In this document: positions 56,135 through 64,000 of the stretch, in pieces
How the letters are laid out: the number at the start of each line of letters is the position of its first letter
Position numbering within the stretch: position 1 is the first letter of the stretch
Assembly: GCA_964106915.2 (NCBI GenBank)
Contig: OZ066914.1
Direction: 5' to 3' (one strand)
Length of the DNA stretch: 64,000 nt
From: Podarcis gaigeae
Lineage: Eukaryota
Translations under genes and position numbers: made by a program
The notes under the pieces: generated by a model
What the model was told of the DNA's origin: nothing
The model's database searches: none
What the model saw: the letters and a program-made list of their open reading frames with translations, nothing else

Positions 56135-59100
56135 ACATACGTAGACAACGTCTGAACTCACATCAGATGTTAAAGCCAAGGATAACACACTCCCTTAACT
56201 GCAACAAGGAGATTCTAAGACAGGCACTGTCCTGTCCATTTCCAAGCCATTTCCCCTCTTTACCTCTGCTCATGTCCCAGTTAGGAAAATCCAGATTCTC
56301 CTTGCTCCATAGAGCACGGAACTGGCTCTTCCCATTTTAGGCTGCTTAAGAGAAAAAGAGGGAGGAGATCCTCTTTGCATCATAGCAGCACCAGCTTCCT
56401 TGTTTCTGCTATCCTCTGTCAACCTCTTGAGAAAACCCTGACTCCGGTTGCTCTTAAGAGTACAGTTTTGCCAGACCTGCCAGGCTGTGCCCAAATCACA
56501 GGTCCCAACTACAAGTGGGTCTGACGCGCCACGTGGCTTTGTGCGCCCCGGTGAACATGATTAATCAGAGCCGCCTGCCCAGGAAATGAAAGGCAGGTCA
56601 GGAATGTATCAAAATGCAAATAGGCCCTTTTCAAGGGAGTGAACGTTGGTCGGTGGGGGGGATGGAGGGAATGTGAAGCAGAGCGCAGGGAGAGAGGAAC
56701 AGGGTAGGAGAGAGCCCTCCGGCTCAGAGCGGGAGATGGGATCACACAGCTGTGTGTTAGCATGCACTGGATCCAGGATTTAAATTTATGTCCAAATCAC
56801 AAGGGGACACCCATGTCCTTAGGAAAGACATTTCATTCTCACCCCTGGCCCACAAGCACAGCTGTGTGTGTGTTTGTGTGTGTGCGCACAGACACACACC
56901 CTCCCTAACTGAATCACAATATTCGGTTAAGTAGAAACACACAAACACATACACATTGTGTGCCTCAACCTAATCAAAATGCAAAAGGGGGAGGAGGGCA
57001 TCTGATGAAATTTCCACCTGCAGCTGCTCAAAAAAAGAAGCAAACAAACAAAATAAAGTTATATATCCCCACAAGGCCCTTGCTGCCAGCAGGTGGGGTA
57101 GGGGCTTTTGTCATAAAAATTTGGTTAGATAGAACTAGTATTAGCCATGCAGCCCAGAGGATGCAACCTCACACTCTGCGGGTCTCTAAACCATTTCTCT
57201 CGACATCTATCTATTGTCCAATACTTTTTAGTGGCTCCCGGGCTTGTGCTAAAGTCCTGAGAATCACAGCTTTCACATATATCATACGCATACACATCTC
57301 AAGCCTTCACGGGAGGTGGAGAAAGCCTTGGGAAAAAATGATTACAGCATGTTTCATGCAAGCTGCAAGGTGTATTGTCTGTGGGTTATATACAGTGAAT
57401 CTCCCAGAGAGAGTGGGGGGCAGAAGGGAGAGGACAAGCCTCTCAACTCAGCCCTGCTCAAGACAGTTCTGTTGGAGTCAGACTTACAACCCTGGTTGGT
57501 TAACACCTAATAACGGGCCCAATGGCCTTCCTACAAAGGGCTGAAAGAACACCAAACACTGATTACTTGAAGCACCTGGAAAACTGGTGGCACCCAAGAA
57601 TGTGAAATGCTTATTTATCCCTGTGCAAACTCCTAAAGAGCTGGCGGCGGTGACAGCAATTAGGAATTTGGTTTAAAAAAGAAACAAACACCCCTCTAAC
57701 AATTAATCCTTGCAATATTGTGCACATATGCCATTCCAAAACAGAACAATCCCACAACAGATAAGCCAGAAAGGCGGGGGTGAGGTGGGAATCTGAAATG
57801 CAAACGAAGCCAAGTAGAGTACAAGGACACAATGCAACAGTTGCATAGTTGTGCAAGACTGCTGTCTATGCACAGGTTCTATTGGAAGGTGAATTCAATA
57901 TGCCTTTAAAAGGTTTGCAGTCCAGAAAAAGTGACAGCGTTCTTGCATCTCATGATAAAGTTCAGACTCAGGGGTCCCCTCAGGCAGCATCTGCAGACAT
58001 CTCACTCAGTGCCCATGAGGTCCTCCCTCCCTCTCGTATTAATAGGTTTTTTAATCTGGTGGCCAAAGCATGCTACAAAGCATAGTGCCAGCCTCCAGCC
58101 ACCTGCCCCCTGAATTTCCACAGAATGTTTCTGGGTCCCAAGCACCCAAACTGCCTGGCAAAGCATTTTGTTTTCAAAGACTCCTTCATTACTGCTGCCT
58201 GGCAAATATGGGTGTGGGAGTGGGGGTAATGGTGGAGTGGCCAGGGAGTTGGGGGACAGGAAGGGGGGAGGAAACAATCCAATGAGGTGGGTGGGGAAAG
58301 AAAGCAAAGAGAATGGGACTTTCAGGTGTGGCGAGTGGGGGGGGGGTTGTGTGTGTTCGCAGTCTAGAGAGTGTGTAGGGGGAAAATTGATTTGTGGATA
58401 ATCTTCCTATTAATGGGCAGTCAAGGGAGTGCTTTTGTGCCTGGGGGCTGTCCTGACCCTATCTTTGCTTCATAGTGATTTCTTGGCAAGTTACTTGTCT
58501 TTTACCGTCACTAGATCGCTTTCTGTGGAAAGTGTTTTCCAATTGACCATGCCCATCACAGCCACCCTTTGGTGAATGGTCATACCCCTCCCTTCCCATG
58601 GCAGCCGTTTTGTGCCAGCACACACGCTTCAAAATCCCAACTGTGCCCATGAGCTCAAAAAGGTTAGGGAGCACTGTTCATACCTCATTTCTCCATTTTA
58701 GGCTGCAGCATTTCTTGTCTTTAATCTTTGAGCCTGCAAACACATAATAAATAGGCCATTGTCATAGGTGATGTTTTTTGCATCTTGGTTTTTGAATTTC
58801 CCTTGTCATTCCGATGCAATACATACATTCACCAGAACCTACATTTGATTTTAAAATGACTTTCTTCCATTTTCTACCCAGCGGTTAAAATCATTCCCAT
58901 TTGCACACAAACAGTGAAAGAACGGCTTACAGGCAAGTTTAGGGTCTTAGGTGCAGATTGTCCATAACATCTCCCTTTTTTCTTTTTCTTTTTTGCTAAA
59001 GTGCAGCAGCTTCCTCCTTGAGGTAAACCTTATCCTAACTGCGCAACATCTATTTTTGCCTCGTTATAAATTCAAAGATCCTTTTGAGGAGAATTATTGC

Positions 59101-59399
59101 TCCCTCTCTTTGAAATGCTACTTATTCCAATAAAAAAGGCAGTTGCACAAAGGGTGACTGATGGGAGTAGCCTATAGGCGAAGAGGCTCATCTCTCCTTT
59201 GCGGCTTATTCTCTCAACTTATTCCTGTCCTCTCACACCAATGGTGCCGGACGGCAGTTCTGGGGCGTTTCTTTTCCTTTCCAGTTAATGCGAAGTCATA
59301 ATAAAGAACGCCCTCCGAACATGTGCAGAGTGCATTCCTTTCCTTTCAGTCACAACTCGCTCCTATTCACCCGATATGAGAGTTAGGGGCACAGGGTCA

Positions 59400-60190
59400 G
59401 GGACAAACCCCAGCACTCTTCCTTTTAGAGACGGACCTACCACAGTTCACGGGGCGCCCGCGTGGGTGGGTGCCAGGGCGCGGCGCGTTTTTCTCGAGCT
59501 GCGCGGCGTTTCCCGCGTTTCCCCCAACTGCTCCCGCAGGCCCGTCAGTCCACGTGCCGCGAGAGCCCACAGGGCGGCTCCCTCCGGCGGCCCCGCGGCC
59601 AGCTCGGCCTCCCGGGGGAGTGATAAGCACCGCAGGAGTTACTGCCGCCTGACACTTTAATGAGGCGGCGTCCTAGCCGACATTAATATTGCGAGGCCTG
59701 CCATTCCCCGGAGGCGTTTTGAGGGGGAAGCAACCCCGCGCCAGGAAAATCAAATAAATAAATCTCGCCTAAACGCCGGCGAGACCGCGGGAGCGCGCGG
59801 GGCACTCACCTGATTTCCCCGGTGAGCCAGCACCGGCAATCAGCGCCGTGCTAAACGGAGGCGGCGGGTGATTTATCCCAGCTGCTCTGAGGCTCAGATT
59901 GGGGCCGCGGCCGGGTGATGCATGGAGCGGGAGTGCAGGCGGGGGGGGGGGGGCAGCTCGGGAGGCCACCACTCAATCCCAAATTAATTTGAATATTTTG
60001 CCCCATCAAATCTATTTAGGGCCGCGTGTGGCCCACGTCCAAGGAAGATTGATGACTGTTCCGGGCTGGGGGCTTTGATTGCATATGGCACGATGCCCGG
60101 CTGGCGCTGGGCCTCAGGCAAGCTGATTCCCCCGGGGAGAGGAGGAAGGAGCAGCAGCCGAGGGGGAAACCCGACGGGCAAGCGGGAACC
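59400..60190. promoter_or_regulatory. CpG island, candidate promoter or first exon, or a CGI enhancer
   Basis: Abrupt rise in GC and CpG density (CGCG, GGCGGCG) in TE-free sequence, interleaved with AT-rich homeobox-like motifs. Confidence 0.85.
59804..59812 (-). other. Consensus 5' splice donor (CAG|GTGAGT) inside the CpG island
   Basis: Plus strand ACTCACCTG; last exon base would be 59810. Confidence 0.5.
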
Positions 60191-60214
60191 TTTGCAGTAC
60201 AAGGATCTTAGGTT

Positions 60215-60305
60215 TTAACCCTGAAAGTAAGCCCTGCTGACCTCAGTGGGGTAGACCTCTGAGTTGACGTGTACAAGATTGCCCTGTGAGGCTGCAACCC
60301 TATGC
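60215..60305. mobile_element. Old palindromic reptile non-autonomous DNA element fragment
   Basis: AGTAAGCCCTGCTGACCTCAGTGGGGTAGACCTCTGAGT..GATTGC..GGCTGCAACCCTAT; related bits at ~48160-48210 and ~55150-55205. Confidence 0.5.
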
Positions 60306-61572
60306 GGGGGTGAAGATAGCACTGGCTGCAGTCAGTGTGCAAACAGTGGGACATTTTTCAAAGTATGGGGTGGCTCATGTGGAAAAAGAGGAGAGGGTTG
60401 GGAAGGGGTAGGACTCCCAAGTTCCACTCCTGAAGCCTTGGAGCACAGGCAGGGAACTTTTTTTCTTTTCAACTCCCGGGCCACAGTACCTTCTTTTCAC
60501 AAGCAGTGCATATACACACTCTCGCCTTGTACACCCCTCTCCAGCCTCCATTCAATAGGCATTTGCAGCGTTCAATGACATATTCCAGGGTGTAAAGCAG
60601 GGCCAGTGAGGAATGCCACCTGCGGAGAGTGCTGAGGGCCAGATTTTGGCCCTTGAGCCTGCGCATGTATCCTAGGCTTCAGGCACAGCAAGGTAATTCC
60701 ACCTGCCCACTGTGTTTCAAATCACATTTGCACATTGTAGGCAGCAGTACAGCTCAATGTGTTTCCATGTCACCCACTGCCTGTCCACACTAGTGGGAAG
60801 GGAGGGGTATAGGATGTCTTTGTATGGCTTACCTTTTCAAATGGGATCAAAACGGGGTTTTTTGGGGGGGGGGTTTGAATCAAAACTCTATTTCTCAAGA
60901 AATTAGATATAAATTGTGGCTAATATTGTGTGTACATGGCTTCAGAGTGGAGCGCTGAATGCAGAGTAAATGGGAGTGTGTACACAGTCTGATAAGGAAG
61001 GGAACTAAGCTAATGTTTCTTTAGACCTCACTTGCTATTAGCCAGAATAGAGTTGTCATTTTCTCCAAGTCTACACCCCAGGGCAAGATTCATCTATTTT
61101 AAACAGCTGAATGATATTCAGAGGGTCAGGCAGTTTTTCTCTTTTCTCTGATAATCTTTACTTGTTGAATTTTTGTCTGTTGTGTTGCTGTTAATAGCAC
61201 AGGAGCCCTGCCAGAAAAAATAAAGACAGCACCTTAGAAAACAATCAAGAGGGCATACCAGTTCCAGATTAAGGAAACAGGGACCACATGAAGAAGCAAG
61301 GACTTGAGCTGAACTAAATTAATAAATGAAATTGTTTTGTATCATTGTGGACAAGACAGATGCAGAATCCCATGATCACGTTGAAAGCTTATTTTTCAAC
61401 CCAATGTCCTTGTCAGACCAAACGAAAGGTTGAGGCGGCCGTCCTTTTAAGAACGTTGTTACAGATTCTGGTGCTAAATTTGCATGTTGCCATGCACAAA
61501 AAAATAGCATTTGGGTCTTGGGGAAGTGCCCAGGTGACCCTTTCATCGCCTTCATATTCGCTATGGGTTCTG

Positions 61573-61597
61573 TCTCCCTCTCTCTCTCTCCCTCTTT

Positions 61598-61644
<47 letters not shown>
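61573..61644. repeat. Compound (CT)n-(CA)n-(GA)n microsatellite
   Basis: Direct observation. Confidence 0.95.
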
Positions 61645-61649
<5 letters not shown>

Positions 61650-63828
61650 ACACAGAAGCACAAATTAAAAAGTCACAATGAATGGAAAGCACCCCTTGAA
61701 GAGCGTGTACAAATCTGGCTCCTGGGTCAGATTTGACAGCGCAATTAATGCCACCGGCAGGCCTTTGGATGCATGCAGACATATAAAGGACATTTATGAT
61801 GTTTAAAACTGAGTTATCACCAAAGATGTGAGAATAGGGAAGAAGAGGACTCTTTCTTGCTCTCTGGGTGCTGTCATACTCAAAGCTGTCACTGGCAGTG
61901 GCTGCTGCCACTGACTGCCTTCCTGTTCCTAGAATCCACCCCCCCCCCCAAGCATGGGGAAGCCCTTCTTTCTTTCTTTCTTCCTCCCACCTACATGTTA
62001 CTGCCACATTTATCACCAGGTGTCGGATGCTCATGGAGCGCGAATTTCCCAGTCACAACTAATTCCTGGGTCTCACACTCCATGGGCCAGCTCTGCAGTG
62101 TGTGTGTGTGTATGTGTATAATTACAAGCAGAGCTGCACAAGCCACCTATTATTAACCCTTCTGGTGCTTGAAATGAGGAAAAGGCACTGAAGCTCCCAG
62201 AAGACAGGGCCCCACCCTGCAACCAAATTAATTGGCACCATATTTCCATGTAGCAACTGAGTTTGCAGGCTAGAATGGACTCAGGGTTTCTGCTGCAGCT
62301 TGTGCCGCTTAAGGGTTTGGAGTTGTGTCCTGGATGTAATGAAAGGTTGTAGATTAACTATAAGCTTCACACTTTCTAAGCATGGAGAAATCTCACACCA
62401 ATCATCTTGTTTGTTCAGACAAAAAGGGAATTTCAGAGGTTAGACCTAATTACTAATTGTAGTGTTACAAAGACACAGATCAAGGAAGTTTATTGGGCAC
62501 ACATTTAGTACAACCCAATCAGGTAGGAAATCACAAAATTATGGTGTGTCTGTGTACCTCCCTTCCCACTTCACCAGAAATTGTGCAGTAGCATCTCGCA
62601 TAATACTTCAAGCAAGTGGTTCCACAACGGCCCAGGCCTCTTGTTCCCAATGACATTTTTCAGCAGGGACATATTTTTCTGATAGTCAACCTCAACGTAG
62701 GCAGCTGCAACAGAAAGCCATTAATATACAAATTAATAATGTATAAATTAATAAAACTGTTATGTATTGCTCCTTGCAACCACATTTAAATGATTTTTGA
62801 GAATGCACCCTACAGCATGGAGTTGGGGATTCTAATCCATTAGCAAACTCTTGAGGACAGAGCAAGATGATGGCAACAATCTGGGGCAATCAATCCTGGG
62901 AAAGACAGTGAGATTTAAAATGCATCCAAAATGCCAGCTCCCCTCAACTTGCCTTGCCCTTTACTGTTTCTGTTGTGACTTCTCACCCTTACTTACAAGA
63001 TGCAAATTCTGCTTGTGACTATACAATAAGTTTAAAGCAAATTGTCTAAGGCACAGAGGTTATTGGCTTCAGGATGGGTGCTCTAGGAAACTTGTGTGTA
63101 ATGCAATACTGCTCAGTACCATTTTAGAAGTGTTTCCCATCTGATCAGAGGAGAAGAGGCTAACTAAAGGTCTGGTAGAGCCAAAAGTGTATGGGGAGAG
63201 GAGGCTAGTTGCAGAGTGCACCAACTGAGCATCTTTGCCTCAGCCTGTTCCTTGCCAGATCCGTGCTTCGTTTCACAGATGTGAACAGCTGTTTTTGTGA
63301 ATCTGCATGATGAGCAATTTTCTCCCAAAGGGTTTAATGAACCGATGCTGCCATGGAATCAAATTAATGAAAAATTAGTGGCTGCAAAATGACCCTGGCT
63401 GGGCTTCCCTTGATCACACTGCAGGTGGCCATTCTGCAAGGCAAATAGCAGCTGGCACAGCACAGTGTCCATCCATCCCCCGCCAACTTCATTGCAATGT
63501 GCTTAGGCCAAAATTCTCAGCACAAGCCTCCACTATATAAATGCTTATGACTAAACAGACCTCCCAAGGCTGAGCCACTGGGGTCAAACCGGTCATGCAG
63601 GCATAATCTTATCCCAGCATTGGAATCCCCTAGTTCCAGGCTGTAGGGCAGTGCTACTGCAAAACTCAGGGTATGTTCACATTAGCAGCTTAAAATACTA
63701 CAGCAAGGTCAGTTCCTCCCACTGTGTTTCAAGCCGCATTTGCACAGGGTTGTTCACATTAAGGGGTGGGGCTGTCTTCACCCAAAGTGCAGGACCCTTT
63801 GGGCTTCCTCACCCCTGCAAGCACACAC

Positions 63829-64000
63829 TTGGAGGATGGATGGCAGCTAACCGATTGAGGTTGAATCCTGACAAGACAGAAGTAGTTTTTTGGGGACAGG
63901 AGGCGGGCAGGTGTGGAGAACTCCCTGGTCCTGAATGGGGTAACTGTGCCCCGAAGGACCTGGTGCGCAGCCTGGAAGTCATTTTGGACTCAGTTGTCCA
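63829..64000 (+). mobile_element. L2 LINE RT C-terminal fragment, runs off the window
   Basis: GWMAANRLRLNPDKTEV..LNGVTVP..D.VRSLEVILDS. Confidence 0.9.

Noticed and set aside
56960-57544. 194-aa ORF on the plus strand
   Set aside because: Includes homopolymer-derived GGGG/KKK, non-ATG start, no domain.
58798-58820. Resemblance to miR-204/211
   Set aside because: Indel in the seed, several mismatches and no star arm.

Overview
Vertebrate genomic DNA, almost certainly from a squamate reptile. Sauria SINEs with (ACCTTT)n tails and the MITE families suggest a lacertid lizard. I recognise no complete host protein-coding gene. The window looks like a long intron or 5' regulatory domain. It has a CpG island at ~59.4-60.2 kb carrying a consensus minus-strand splice donor, a strong minus-strand acceptor with a possible start codon at the far left (exon edge 1-61), and many TE-free, CpG-retaining, motif-rich blocks resembling developmental enhancers. 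The rest is a dense TE landscape: Sauria, tRNA-Ala-derived and MIR/CORE SINEs; L2, CR1 and RTE LINE fragments; Tc1/mariner-pogo, hAT and PIF/Harbinger MITEs; two LTRs; Penelope-like inverted remnants; and microsatellites. The most noteworthy observations are (1) degenerate hammerhead-ribozyme cores in two Penelope-like remnants, (2) a MITE with termini very close to mammalian Tigger1, (3) an LTR that keeps its polypurine tract but has no internal region, nested in a SINE, and (4) several multi-level nested insertions. I could not support a genuinely new biological system from sequence alone. All family names come from recalled consensus motifs, not database searches.
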